A stretch of 29,397 bases of DNA from Bdellovibrionota bacterium. Its GTDB lineage: Bacteria > Bdellovibrionota_C > UBA2361 > OMII01. Both the position numbers and the translations under genes were made by a program. The stretch lies in assembly GCA_044345405.1 (NCBI GenBank), contig JBIJBE010000084.1:1-29397 (forward strand), given 5' to 3'. Positions 1 through 11,745 of this stretch are shown one piece after another. Below the pieces are notes generated by a model. It saw nothing but the letters and a program-made list of their open reading frames with translations, had not been told where the DNA came from and ran no database searches. The stretch's first letter is position 1. Each line of letters opens with the position of its first letter.

Positions 1-3000
1 ACCACCACACCAACTGTCACTCAAACGGCGACAACCACTCCGACCACGACACCGACCGCAACGCCAACCACGACGCCAACGACTACCCCGACCGTAACCC
101 AAACGGCGACGACCACGCCAACCAGAACGCCGACTGCTACGCCAACCAATACGCCAACGACCACACCGACCGTAACTCAAACGGCAACAACCACGCCGAC
201 GAGAACGCCGACTGCAACGCCGACCAACACGCCGACCACGACACCTACTGTAACTCAAACTGCAACAACTACGCCGACGACAACGCCGACTGCAACGCCG
301 ACCAACACGCCGACGACGACACCTACTGTAACTCAAACTGCAACAACCACTCCGACTAGAACACCGACAGCAACGCCAACAAATACTCCAACAACCACAC
401 CGACCGTAACTCAAACCGCAACAACTACGCCGACGAGAACGCCGACTGCAACGCCGACGAATACACCAACCACCACACCGACTGTAACTCAAACGGCGAC
501 GACCACTCCGACCACGACACCGACCGCAACGCCAACCACGACGCCAACGACTACCCCGACCGTAACTCAAACGGCAACAACTACACCGACTACTACGCCG
601 ACAGCTACGCCAACCAATACGCCAACGACCACGCCGACCGTAACTCAAACAGCAACAACTACGCCGACGAGAACGCCGACTGCTACGCCGACGAATACAC
701 CAACCACCACACCGACTGTAACCCAAACGGCGACGACCACTCCGACCACGACACCGACGGCAACGCCAACCACGACGCCAACGACCACACCGACCGTAAC
801 TCAAACGGCAACAACTACACCGACTACTACGCCGACAGCTACGCCAACCAATACGCCAACGACCACGCCGACCGTAACTCAAACGGCAACAACTACGCCG
901 ACGAGAACGCCAACTGCAACGCCGACGAATACACCAACCACCACACCAACTGTCACTCAAACGGCGACGACCACTCCGACCACGACACCGACCGCAACGC
1001 CAACCACGACGCCAACGACTACCCCGACTGTAACCCAAACGGCGACAACCACTCCGACGAGAACACCGACAGCAACGCCAACAAATACTCCAACAACCAC
1101 ACCGACCGTAACTCAAACCGCAACAACTACGCCGACCAGAACGCCAACTGCAACGCCGACGAATACACCAACCACTACACCGACTGTCACTCAAACGGCG
1201 ACAACTACACCGACTACGACACCGACCGCAACGCCAACCACGACGCCAACGACCACACCGACCGTAACTCAAACGGCTACGCCAACTAATACCCCAAGCA
1301 CCACCCCGACCGTAACTCAAACCGCAACAACGACGCCGACCAGAACGCCAACTGCAACGCCGACGAATACACCAACCACTACACCGACTGTCACTCAAAC
1401 GGCGACAACTACACCGACTAGAACGCCAACTGCAACGCCAACTAATACACCAACCACGACACCGACCGTAACTCAAACCGCAACGGCTACATCCACGATG
1501 ACGCCTACGGCGACGGCTACTACGACGCCGACCTCCACCCCGACGATGACGCAGACACCGACTACGACTGCAACCGCGACAGCAACCTCCACGGCGACAA
1601 CGACCCAAACCATCACCCCAACGGTTACGCTCACCCCAACGACAACGCCAACGCGAACCGCAACGCAGACAGCGACCAACACAGCAACCACCACACCGAC
1701 CGTAACTCAAACCGCAACGGCTACATCCACGATGACGCCTACGGCGACGGCTACTACGACGCCGACCTCCACCCCAACGATGACGCAGACACCGACTACG
1801 ACCGCAACCGCGACAGCGACTTCCACCGCCACCACAACACAAACCATCACCCCAACGGTTACGCTCACTCCAACGACAACGCCAACGAGAACCGCCACGG
1901 TAACCGCCACTAACACGCCAACCACCACACCGACCGTGACTCAAACGGCGACGGCTACAGCAACGATGACGCCGACCGCGACGGCTACTACGACGCCGAC
2001 CTCCACCCCAACGATGACGCAGACACCGACTACGACCGCAACCGCGACAGCCACCTCTACCGCCACCACAACACAAACCATCACCCCAACGGTCACGCAT
2101 ACTTCAACGACAACGCCAACGAGAACCGCTACGGTAACCGCCACTAACACGGCAACCACCACACCGACCGTGACTCAAACGGCGACGGCTACAGCGACGA
2201 TGACGCCGACGGCCACGGCTACTACGACGCCGACCACTACCGCGACAACGACACAGACCCCAACCTTGACGGCAACCTCCACAGCGACGGCAACCGCTAC
2301 AACGACCCAAACTATCACGCCAACGGTTACGCTCACTCCAACGACAACTCCAACGAGAACCGCCACGGTGACGGCGACCAACACGCCAACTACCACACCG
2401 ACCGTAACTCAAACCGCAACGGCGACAGCAACGATGACGCCGACCGCGACGGCTACTACGACGCCGACCTCCACCCCGACGATGACGCAGACACCGACTA
2501 CGACCGCAACCGCGACAGCTACCTCTACCGCGACAACGACCCAAACCATCACCCCAACGGTTACGCTCACGCCGACGACGACGCCAACGAGAACCGCTAC
2601 GCAGACAGCGACGAACACGGCAACCACCACACCGACCGTAACTCAAACCGCATCAACCACGCCGACGACAACGCCGACAGCGACCGCAACTAACACGCCA
2701 ACAACCACATCGACGGTAACTCAAACCGCAACACGCACGCCGACGACAACGCCGACCGCAACGGCAACCAACACCCCAACGAGCACCGCGACCGTAACTC
2801 AAACCGCAACGGCTACGGCCACGATGACGCCGACAGCAACGGCTACTATGACGCCGACCACGACCGCGACGACGACCCACACTCCAACTTCAACGGCAAC
2901 CTCAACAGCGACAGCGACCGCCACAACAACACAAACCATTACGCCAACGGTTACGCTCACTCCAACGACAACGCCAACGAGAACCGCCACGGTGACGGCA

Positions 3001-6000
3001 ACCACGACGCCAACCACCACTGCTACGACCACGCAGACCGCGACCACGACAGCGACCGCCACAGCTACGACCACACCAACATCCACCCCAACGATGACGC
3101 AGACTCCTACGGTAACGCCAACGAGAACCGCTACGGTAACCGTGACTAACACGCCGACCGTAACTCAAACCGCAACGGGTACAGCGACGACGACGCCGAC
3201 GGCAACAGCTACGATGACGCCGACCTCCACCCCAACGATGACCCAGACTGCGACAACGACCGCAACTGCGACAACGACCCAAACGGTCACGCCAACGGTT
3301 ACGCTCACTCCAACCACGACCCCAACGAGAACCGCTACGGTAACCGCGACCAACACGGCAACTACCACGCCGACCGTGACCCAAACCGCAACAGCTACGG
3401 CGACGATGACGCCGACCGCGACGGCTACTATGACGCCAACCTCTACCCCAACGATGACGCAGACTGCGACTACGACCGCAACCGCGACCGCCACCTCTAC
3501 CGCGACAACGACACAAACCGTTACTCCAACGGTCACGCTCACTCCAACGACAACGCCAACGAGAACCGCCACGGTGACGGCAACAACTACGCCAACCACC
3601 ACTGCAACGACCACGCAGACAGCGACCACGACAGCGACCGCCACAGCTACGACCACACCAACATCCACCCCAACGATGACGCAGACTCCGACCGTAACGC
3701 CAACGAGAACCGCCACGCTAACCGCGACCAACACGGCAACCACCACACCGACCGTAACTCAAACCGCAACGGCTTCAGCCACGATGACACCGACGGCGAC
3801 CGCTACTACGACGCCAACTACGACGGCGACCCCTACAAACACACAGACCATCACCCCAACGGTTACGCTCACTCCAACGACCACCCCAACGAGAACCGCT
3901 TCCGTGACGGCCACTAACACGCCAACCTCCACTGCAACGATGACGCAGACCTCGACCACAACCGCCACCGCCACCGCTACGACCACACCAACAACAACCC
4001 CAACGGTGACCCAGACTCCAACGACAACTCCAACGAGAACCGCCACAGTGACGGCGACTAACACGGCCACCACGACGCCGACCGTCACTCAAACAGCGAC
4101 TACCACGTCGACGATGACGCCGACCGCGACGGCTTCTATGACGCCAACTACTACCGCGACGACGACACAAACCCCAACCTCGACGGCAACCTCAACAGCA
4201 ACCGCGACCGCGACAACGACACAAACCATTACTCCAACGGTTACGCTCACTCCAACGACGACCCCAACAAGAACCGCTACGGTAACCGCGACCAACACGG
4301 CAACCACCACACCGACCGTGACTCAAACCGCGACGGCGACAGCGACGATGACGCCAACCGCAACGGCTACTACGACGCCGACCACTACGCCGACGACGAC
4401 ACAGACCGCAACCTTGACGGCAACCTTCACAGCGACGTCAACGGCCACAACGACCCAAACCATCACTCCAACGGTTACGCTTACTCCAACGACAACGCCA
4501 ACAAGAACCGCTACGCAGACAGCGACCAACACGGCAACCACCACACCGACCGTAACTCAAACCGCGACGACTACAGCCACGATGACGCCGACGGCGACGG
4601 CCACTACGACGCCAACCACGACCCCAACGATGACGCAGACCCCGACTACGACCGCAACCGCGACAGTGACCCCAAGCATCACCCCAACGGTTACCCTCAC
4701 TCCAACGACAACACCGACTAGAACCGCCACGGTAACCGCGACCAACACGGCAACCACCACGCCGACCGTGACTCAAACCGCAACGGTCACAGCGACGATG
4801 ACGCCGACCGCGACGGCTACTACGACGCCGACCTCCACCGCAACCACAACTCAAACACCGACTACGACCGCAACCGCGACAGCCACCTCTACCGCCACCA
4901 CAACACAAACCATCACCCCAACGGTCACGCTGACTCCAACGACAACGCCAACGAGAACCGCTACGGAGACAGCGACCAACACGGCAACCACCACGCCGAC
5001 CGTAACTCAGACGGCGACGGCAACGGCGACGATGACGCCGACCGCGACGGCTACTACGACGCCGACGACTACCGCGACGACGACGCAGACCCCAACCTTG
5101 ACGGCAACTTCCACGGCGACGGCAACCGCCACAATGACCCCGACCAGCACGCCAACGGTTACGCTCACTCCAACGACAACGCCAACGAGAACCGCTACGC
5201 AGACAGCGACCAATACGGCAACCACCACACCGACCGTAACTCAAACCGCGACCGCGACAGCGACGATGACTCCGACCGCGACGGCTACCATGACGCCGAC
5301 CACTACCGCAACGACGACACAGACCCCAACCTTGACGGCAACCTCCACAGCGACGTCAACCGCGACAACGACCCCAACCATCACGCCTACGGTTACGCTC
5401 ACTCCAACGACGACGCCAACGAGAACCGCTACGCAGACAGCGACCAACACAGCAACCACCACGCCGACCGTAACTCAAACGGCGACGGCTACAGCGACGA
5501 TGACGCCGACCGCGACGACTACTACGACGCCAACCACCACTGCGACGACGACACAGACTCCAACCTCGACGGCAACCTCAACAGCGACCGCGACCGCGAC
5601 AACGACTCAAACCATCACCCCAACGGTTACGCTCACCGCAACGACAACGCCAACGAGCACCGCTACGCAGACAGCCACCAACACGGCAACGGCCACGCCG
5701 ACCGTAACCCAAACTTCAACGACCACGTCGACGATGACGCCGACGCCGACCTTCACCACAACCACAACTCAAACACCGACTACGACCGCAACCGCCACGG
5801 CGACCTCTACGGCGACAACGACCCCAACCAATACACCGACGGTGACGCTCACCCCGACCCCGACGGCGACAGCGACGGCCACAGCTACCGCCACGGTCAC
5901 CGCGACGGCGACTCCAACCGTTACGAGCACGGCGACCGCTACGGTGACTCCTTCAGTTACCCCAACGGTCACCAATACCCCAACGGCAACGGGAACAACC

Positions 6001-9000
6001 ACAGCAACAGCGACGTCAACCAACACGCCGACTACGACGCCGACGGTCACCTTCACGCCGACCATGACCGCGACCGTTACAAGCACGACCACGGCAACCA
6101 CGACACCAACGGTAACGTCGACCGTCACTCAAACTCCGACGGCTACAGCGACCGTCACGAGGACATCGACACCGACGACTACCCCGACAGCGTCACCAAC
6201 CGTAACCGAAACTCCTACCACCACACCAACCGTCACAAGCACGGCGACTCCGACAACGAGTCCGACGATAACGGCCACCGTAACCCAAACTCCAACCCGA
6301 ACGGCGACGGTAACCAGCACAGCGACGGCGAGCGCTACTCCGACAGTAACTCCGACCGTCACACTGACCGTGACTCAGACGGCGACTCAAACCGCCACCA
6401 GCACCAGCACGTCGACCGCGACGATGACACCGACGATGACGTCCACGTCGACCGCGACCGTGACGAATACTCCAACTACGACCGCGACCCATACCAGCAC
6501 CGCGACCGCCACGATGACACCGACCGTGACCTCGACCGTCACCGAAACCGCAACGTCATCGCCAACGGTGACAAGCACCGCAACCGCCACCACAACGCCG
6601 ACTTCGACGGCAACCGTGACCACTACCCCAACAGCCACGGCGACGGTGACAAGCACGGCGACCGGAACGAGAACACCCACGGTCACCGCCACGGTTACCA
6701 CCACCCCGACAACCACCGCGACCGTAACCAACACGGCGACCTCGACGACGACCGCGACCGTGACTCCGAGCGTCACCCCAACCGTTACGCGAACACCGAC
6801 GATGACGGCCACCGAGACCGGCACCGCGACCGCCACCACTACCCCAACAGAAACGCCTACCGTGACACCAACGGCAACAGTAACTCCGACCCAAACCAGT
6901 ACTGCGACACCGACCGAGACGTCGACGGTAACACCGACCCTCACCCAAACACCGACAAGGACCGCTACGGTAACAAGCACGGCCACCGCCACGAGCACAC
7001 CAACGACAACGGCCACCGTGACTCAAACGGCAACCATGACCGGTACCACCACCAGCACGATCACAGCTACCGCTACTCCAACTATGACCGCGACGGTGAC
7101 CGATACTTCGACGGCAACGCCAACCGTCACGAACACGGTAACGGCTACGACCACACCAACCCATACGCCGACCGTCACAAACACCACCACCATGACTCCA
7201 ACGGAGACAAGTACCGCGACGCCAACGCATACGCCGACCGTCACACCGACCGTTACGCAAACGTCGACGATGACCGCTACGCGGACGCCAACCCTGACGC
7301 CGACCCTTACCGCCACCGCGACGGCTACCAACACGGCTACGAGCACAGCAACGATCACTGCGACAAGCACCGCAACAGCGACGGCGACTCAGACCGCGAC
7401 GCGCACTCCGACGGTCACATCCACCGCAACGGCCACACCAACTACGACACCAACCACGACATCGACAAGTACGCCAACAAACACTCCGACGATAACGTCG
7501 ACTCCTACGGAGACGGCGACCTCGACGCCGACTGCGATGCCGACAGAAACCGCCACGCACACGCCGACGATGACGGCGACCGCTTCTCGAACCGCTACCG
7601 CTACCGCGACACCGACCACGACGCCTACCTCAACCCCATCGGCGACGAGCACCGCTACGGTAACGCCGACAGCGACGGCTACGGCGACTGGCACGACGAC
7701 AGCGACTACAACCGCGAGTGTCACGGCGACGGCCACGTCGACGAGTACGGCGACGCACACGCCAACGACCTCGCCGACCGCGACCGATACCGCGACTACG
7801 ACACCGACCGAGACGGCTACGAGTACGGCGACAATGACAGCGACGTCGACGTCGACCTCAACCGCCACGCCGACTCGAACCCCAACGAGCACCCCAACTG
7901 AATCGCCAACTGTCACGCCGACGGTGACCACCACGGCGACCCTTACTCCAACCGTATCGGCGACTGCGACCTCAACCTCCACGCCTACAAGCACGCCGAC
8001 GCAGACGGCCACCATGACGGCCAGTCAAACCGCTACAGAGACCGCAACGGTTACCCCAACATCTACCGCCACGAACACGCCGACCCTGACCGCGACGGCG
8101 ACAACAACGCCAACCCAGACCGCGACCATGACGGCTACCGCCAGCGCTACCTCAACTGACACACCGACCGTCAGCCCTACTGTGACTATTACTCAGACAG
8201 CGACGGCGACCTCGACCGAGACTCCGACTCGCACTCCTTCGGCAACGGCGACAACCACACCTACTGTGACGGCAACTACTACGAATACCGCGACGCCAAC
8301 GACGACCGCAACGGTGACGACAACGCCAACGGTTACGTCGACTGTCACAAGCACGGCGACCTCTACCGCTACTCCAACGGTTACCGCGACTCAAACGGCA
8401 ACCAGTACGAGTACCTCTACCGCGACTGTGACCGCTACCACTACGAATACGCCATCAGTTACGCCAACCTCGACCGAAACCGCGACCGCGACCGCGACAA
8501 TTACTCGTACCCCAACTCAGTCGGCGACACCAACAGCGACGGATACACCGACACTAACGGCGACCGTAACAGTCACCGCGACTGCGACTGCAACTGAAAC
8601 CTCGACGTTAACACCAACTCAAACAGCAACCTCGACGGTAACGGCCACCGTAACACCGACCGTTACGTCAACATCGACGGTAACATCAACCGCCACAATC
8701 ACTCCGACTCTGACCTCAACGGCAACGCCGACCTCCACAGGAACGGCTACGAGCACTCACACGCCAACGGTGACAGCGACCGCTACCTCGACCGCGACGG
8801 AAACCGCAACGTCCACAAGCACGCCAACGATCACCTCTACCACAACAACCACACCTACAACGACGCCGACCGCGACAAGTACGAACACTCCAACGGTGAC
8901 AGCTACCCCAACAGAGAGTCCGACGCTGACCGCGACCCTAACCGCGACGCCGACGATGACGGAAACGAGCACGAGCACGCCAACGATGACCGTGACTCAC

Positions 9001-10590
9001 ACGGCGACAACCACCGCTACAAGCACTAGCTCCGCTACCGTGACTCCAACGCTCACGGCCACCCCGACATTTACGTCGACATCGACCGTCACGAGAACGC
9101 CGACCACTACGACAACGAGCACGGCGACCGCGACCCCGACGCCAACAATGACAGCAACGGTCACGGAGACTCCGACAACATCCGCCACTCCAACGCCGAA
9201 CGCTACCCTCACGGCAACAGCCACAGCGACTAGCACGGCGACGTATACCGCGACCGCGACTGCGACCAGCACCGCCACCCTGACGTCAACATCGACCGCG
9301 ACGGTGACATCAACCGCGACGAGCTCACCGACTGAGACCCCAACGGTGACTCCGACACAAACGCAGACTGCGACCGCTACCTCGACGATCACACCGACGA
9401 TGACATCAACCGCGACCACGACACCAACGTTGACTTCAACCAGCACGCGAACGCCGACTCCGACAGCCACGGCGACCTCCACCGCGAGCTCGACACCGAC
9501 TGCTGGGCCTACGAACACAGCGACGGTGACGCCGACTGTGACGGCGACAGCGACGGTTACCGCGACGCCGACAGAGACCTCTACGCCGACCGTGACTCCA
9601 CCGGTAAGCATCGTGAACTACCAGGTGCGCATCGCCGAGACGCCGATCTCCGGAATTCCGGTGATGGTGAACGCTGAGTCGCAAGTTACGGATGATAACG
9701 GCTCTATCGCGGTGTCGATGGACGCTGGTAAGTACTACGCGATCTCCTCAGGACTCTCGGCTGTAACCTTCGACTCGCTCTATGATAGTGGCGCGAACTT
9801 CATCAGTCGCGGAGATAAGGTAATTGAGGCCACTCGACTGGTGTCGGTGGGTGGGCCAGCATGTCGAATCTTGGTTGGCTCGGTGCCGAGCATCTACTTC
9901 ACGACGGTCAACCAGACTGACATGACGCACACCGTCTCCCGGATCTACAAGGCGAACCGCATGTACTCAGTAACCGGTGGCGCTACTCCTCCTGACTACT
10001 TCGCGCCGGGAACGAGTGGGTTCGCGGTGCCAGAGGTCGAGTTCACTCAGAACGGAGCGTTGACCGGCGTATGGAGCTTCCTGGGCCAAAGCGTCAACGT
10101 CTCAAGTGACCTCAATATGTGCGCCGACACCGGCGCTCCGGCTCAATGCTCGGTCGTTACGAAAGCAGAGCTGCGTGCTCCTGTCGACTACGCTCGAGCT
10201 GTCGTTATTCGGTTCACGAAGTTGGCGACCTCACTGGCTAAGAAGGGGCTATTGAAGAAATCGCAAGGTAGCTACGCGGCGACGTTGTTGGGACGCGGGG
10301 CCTCGATTCTCGCCGCGATGCAGAAGGCGTTGGCGCCGGCCATGACCGGAACAGCATATGTCTGCGATGCGCAACCAGCATCCTCGTGTAAGGCGCTCTC
10401 GCTGAAGTCCTTCAAGACCACAGCTCAACGAAACTTCGCTCGTCTGTTCGCCAAGCCGATACCAAGGGGCTTTGAATCGATAGCCAAGGCCGGACCTCAA
10501 GAGGGGCGACTATTTAAGTCGAACTCCCTTGATAAGCTTCCGGATGAGGTCTGGATCTGTCCAGCCGGCGTCACCCCAGCGGCTCAGTAG
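1..10590 (+). CDS. Giant Thr-rich (Thr-Xaa)n repeat surface protein A, 5'-partial; about 3200-aa stalk plus about 330-aa Cys-containing C-terminal region
   Basis: Frame 1 is open from base 1 (ACC ACC ACA CCA ACT GTC ACT CAA = TTTPTVTQ) through the supplied 1498..10590 ORF. The ATG at 1498 is an internal repeat Met. Non-repetitive C-terminus starts at about 9601 ([15 protein letters not shown]...[14 protein letters not shown]). Paralogous to 11746..19509. Confidence 0.9.
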   Translation, partial: TTTPTVTQTATTTPTTTPTATPTTTPTTTPTVTQTATTTPTRTPTATPTNTPTTTPTVTQTATTTPTRTPTATPTNTPTTTPTVTQTATTTPTTTPTATPTNTPTTTPTVTQTATTTPTRTPTATPTNTPTTTPTVTQTATTTPTRTPTATPTNTPTTTPTVTQTATTTPTTTPTATPTTTPTTTPTVTQTATTTPTTTPTATPTNTPTTTPTVTQTATTTPTRTPTATPTNTPTTTPTVTQTATTTPTTTPTATPTTTPTTTPTVTQTATTTPTTTPTATPTNTPTTTPTVTQTATTTPTRTPTATPTNTPTTTPTVTQTATTTPTTTPTATPTTTPTTTPTVTQTATTTPTRTPTATPTNTPTTTPTVTQTATTTPTRTPTATPTNTPTTTPTVTQTATTTPTTTPTATPTTTPTTTPTVTQTATPTNTPSTTPTVTQTATTTPTRTPTATPTNTPTTTPTVTQTATTTPTRTPTATPTNTPTTTPTVTQTATATSTMTPTATATTTPTSTPTMTQTPTTTATATATSTATTTQTITPTVTLTPTTTPTRTATQTATNTATTTPTVTQTATATSTMTPTATATTTPTSTPTMTQTPTTTATATATSTATTTQTITPTVTLTPTTTPTRTATVTATNTPTTTPTVTQTATATATMTPTATATTTPTSTPTMTQTPTTTATATATSTATTTQTITPTVTHTSTTTPTRTATVTATNTATTTPTVTQTATATATMTPTATATTTPTTTATTTQTPTLTATSTATATATTTQTITPTVTLTPTTTPTRTATVTATNTPTTTPTVTQTATATATMTPTATATTTPTSTPTMTQTPTTTATATATSTATTTQTITPTVTLTPTTTPTRTATQTATNTATTTPTVTQTASTTPTTTPTATATNTPTTTSTVTQTATRTPTTTPTATATNTPTSTATVTQTATATATMTPTATATMTPTTTATTTHTPTSTATSTATATATTTQTITPTVTLTPTTTPTRTATVTATTTPTTTATTTQTATTTATATATTTPTSTPTMTQTPTVTPTRTATVTVTNTPTVTQTATGTATTTPTATATMTPTSTPTMTQTATTTATATTTQTVTPTVTLTPTTTPTRTATVTATNTATTTPTVTQTATATATMTPTATATMTPTSTPTMTQTATTTATATATSTATTTQTVTPTVTLTPTTTPTRTATVTATTTPTTTATTTQTATTTATATATTTPTSTPTMTQTPTVTPTRTATLTATNTATTTPTVTQTATASATMTPTATATTTPTTTATPTNTQTITPTVTLTPTTTPTRTASVTATNTPTSTATMTQTSTTTATATATTTPTTTPTVTQTPTTTPTRTATVTATNTATTTPTVTQTATTTSTMTPTATASMTPTTTATTTQTPTSTATSTATATATTTQTITPTVTLTPTTTPTRTATVTATNTATTTPTVTQTATATATMTPTATATTTPTTTPTTTQTATLTATFTATSTATTTQTITPTVTLTPTTTPTRTATQTATNTATTTPTVTQTATTTATMTPTATATTTPTTTPTMTQTPTTTATATVTPSITPTVTLTPTTTPTRTATVTATNTATTTPTVTQTATVTATMTPTATATTTPTSTATTTQTPTTTATATATSTATTTQTITPTVTLTPTTTPTRTATETATNTATTTPTVTQTATATATMTPTATATTTPTTTATTTQTPTLTATSTATATATMTPTSTPTVTLTPTTTPTRTATQTATNTATTTPTVTQTATATATMTPTATATMTPTTTATTTQTPTLTATSTATSTATTTPTITPTVTLTPTTTPTRTATQTATNTATTTPTVTQTATATATMTPTATTTTTPTTTATTTQTPTSTATSTATATATTTQTITPTVTLTATTTPTSTATQTATNTATATPTVTQTSTTTSTMTPTPTFTTTTTQTPTTTATATATSTATTTPTNTPTVTLTPTPTATATATATATVTATATPTVTSTATATVTPSVTPTVTNTPTATGTTTATATSTNTPTTTPTVTFTPTMTATVTSTTTATTTPTVTSTVTQTPTATATVTRTSTPTTTPTASPTVTETPTTTPTVTSTATPTTSPTITATVTQTPTRTATVTSTATASATPTVTPTVTLTVTQTATQTATSTSTSTATMTPTMTSTSTATVTNTPTTTATHTSTATATMTPTVTSTVTETATSSPTVTSTATATTTPTSTATVTTTPTATATVTSTATGTRTPTVTATVTTTPTTTATVTNTATSTTTATVTPSVTPTVTRTPTMTATETGTATATTTPTETPTVTPTATVTPTQTSTATPTETSTVTPTLTQTPTRTATVTSTATATSTPTTTATVTQTATMTGTTTSTITATATPTMTATVTDTSTATPTVTNTVTATTTPTHTPTVTNTTTMTPTETSTATPTHTPTVTPTVTQTSTMTATRTPTLTPTLTATATATNTATSTATITATSTATATATQTATRTPTVTSTATATPTTTPTTTSTSTPTNTPTITSTPTETATSTPTAMPTETATHTPTMTATASRTATATATPTTTPTSTPSATSTATVTPTATATATGTTTATTTASVTATATSTSTATHTPTTSPTATDTATTTPTETATSTATMTATSTSTSTATPTRTPTSTPTESPTVTPTVTTTATLTPTVSATATSTSTPTSTPTQTATMTASQTATETATVTPTSTATNTPTLTATATTTPTQTATMTATASATSTDTPTVSPTVTITQTATATSTETPTRTPSATATTTPTVTATTTNTATPTTTATVTTTPTVTSTVTSTATSTATPTVTATQTATSTSTSTATVTATTTNTPSVTPTSTETATATATITRTPTQSATPTATDTPTLTATVTVTATATATETSTLTPTQTATSTVTATVTPTVTSTSTVTSTATITPTLTSTATPTSTGTATSTHTPTVTATATSTATETATSTSTPTITSTTTTTPTTTPTATSTNTPTVTATPTESPTLTATLTATPTMTETSTSTPTMTVTHTATTTATSTSSATVTPTLTATPTFTSTSTVTRTPTTTTTSTATATPTPTMTATVTETPTTSATPTPNATLTATATATSTATYTATATATSTATLTSTSTATVTSTATSSPTETPTVTPTQTQTATATSTITPTMTSTATTTPTLTSTSTRTPTPTATATSTASSTPTAGPTNTATVTPTVTATATVTATPTETSTPTVTPPVSIVNYQVRIAETPISGIPVMVNAESQVTDDNGSIAVSMDAGKYYAISSGLSAVTFDSLYDSGANFISRGDKVIEATRLVSVGGPACRILVGSVPSIYFTTVNQTDMTHTVSRIYKANRMYSVTGGATPPDYFAPGTSGFAVPEVEFTQNGALTGVWSFLGQSVNVSSDLNMCADTGAPAQCSVVTKAELRAPVDYARAVVIRFTKLATSLAKKGLLKKSQGSYAATLLGRGASILAAMQKALAPAMTGTAYVCDAQPASSCKALSLKSFKTTAQRNFARLFAKPIPRGFESIAKAGPQEGRLFKSNSLDKLPDEVWICPAGVTPAAQ
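16..1467 (+). repeat. 78-bp (26-aa) tandem coding repeat, unit about [10 protein letters not shown][T/R]TPTATPT[N/T]TPTTTPT
   Basis: GTN-ACN-CAA (VTQ) recurs at 16, 94, 172, 250, 328, 406 ... 1264. One 48-bp short unit follows (1264-1311), then 1312, 1390, 1468. Confidence 0.9.
1468..5720 (+). repeat. 234-bp (78-aa = 3 x 26-aa) higher-order tandem coding repeat with interruptions
   Basis: Units start at 1468, 1702, 1936, 2170, 2404, then rearranged units, then 4084, 4318, 4552 (shortened), 4768, 5002, 5236, 5470. The antisense 73-aa ORFs recur with the same 234-bp spacing. Confidence 0.9.
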
Positions 10591-10673
10591 CTCCAGAGCA
10601 AAAGCTATTCGAGAAATCCTCGCTTTTAAACAGGGGGGGCGTTTGAAGAATCGGCTTCCGGCACACTCGATGG

Positions 10674-10765
10674 ATGTCACGCAATCTCTGTTCAAGTAGG
10701 TCGCCTATCCTGTGCTCATGAGCCATGGCGACGTCGTTATGTGTGGCGCGCATCCTCGTTGAGTT
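10674..10765 (+). pseudogene. Degenerate 5' fragment of the OprB-family porin gene (duplication remnant)
   Basis: Reads MSRNLCSSRSPILCS*AMATSL versus the intact MSRFLRSSCSLIVCALAMATPL at 19555, with a TTA>TGA stop. The upstream spacer (AAACAGGGGGG(G)CGTT.GAAG...CACACT) is also homologous to 19510-19554. Confidence 0.75.
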
Positions 10766-11745
10766 CACCGACATTATGCTCGCTTCCGAAGAAGTATTCA
10801 GTGCTGGATGCTGAGACCGCGGAGTCGAAACTCGCGTGAGCACCGTTGGGGAGCGCCACGGGGCTTGTGATGCAGCACGGGCGCTCACACCTCGGTGTTG
10901 AGATGGGTGAACGGCTGTAGTGGGCTGGTCGCTGGCCCGCTCTCTTCGAATATCTCCTCATCACGCCAGCATCGGCCCGTCGTAAGAGAACCCCCTGTGT
11001 GCACCGCCCCTCGCTTGAGGGTGAGATTATGTTTGTATTGGAACCCCTTCGGCTCATGCTCCAAGAGCCAGTTCCAATTTTTACGTCCTTATGCAGGTTT
11101 TGCGTAGTTCCCGATTCCATGTTTGAACGTCCGCGACCTCACTGGGTTCAAACGGGCACAACGAGTGCGCCAAGACGCAATGCGCAATAATTACAGCCAC
11201 CTGCTGAAGCCGCCGCACGTGGATTGGGACCTCGAGAGAGAGCAGCCGCTGTGCGGAAACTCCCTAGCGGGCCTCCAGATGGGGGTCACAAAGCCCCAGT
11301 GACGCACTGTTCTGTCGACCAAGGACTAGGGAGTTAGCCCGCTCAACGATGCCCGCTAAGTACCCGATTTGGCGTCTTACCACGTGGGTCTTTGGGGGGC
11401 CGAAAAGCTTAGGTTTTGACCGTTAAAAGCTCAATGATTTCAGAAAGTAGGTCGACCTAGATTGTGCGGCCCTAAGCTCCAGCGAACGCCGCGGACCCCT
11501 CACACCGAAAGCGGACGGTGTGCTCTCAGTCGTAGCAACGGAAAGCAGGGTTTTTTTTCCCCGCGTTTCTCGCAGGCAACTCGAGAAGGTTTTTGTCGGA
11601 GAATTTTTTGGCTCACTCCCTTATTACACGCGAGGGTGAACGCGACAGCAGAGCGGCTGCGTGGCTTCGAGCCATAAGAATTTTCTTTTCACTGAGCGCA
11701 CCTAACACCCTAAGTGCTTCAGATGATGCCCCCACCAAAAATGAA

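Noticed and set aside
1498-1500. ATG start for gene A given by the ORF track
   Set aside because: The frame is open and repetitive from base 1; this Met is part of the repeat unit.
1-5720. CRISPR array or non-coding satellite
   Set aside because: No repeat-unique spacer alternation; variation is concentrated at synonymous positions of an open frame; no cas genes.
11416-11446. TTGACC as the -35 of a gene B promoter
   Set aside because: No acceptable -10 hexamer at 16-18 nt spacing.
10571-11677. Short ORFs in the A-B intergenic region
   Set aside because: Mutually overlapping, no recognisable motifs or SD; part of the region is explained as an oprB remnant.
11655-11680. TGGCTTCGAGCCA resembling a tRNA T-arm
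   Set aside because: No acceptor, D or anticodon arms can be formed around it.
11593-11745. TTG-initiated 51-aa extension of gene B
   Set aside because: It would bury the signal peptide; ATG 11746 gives a canonical one.
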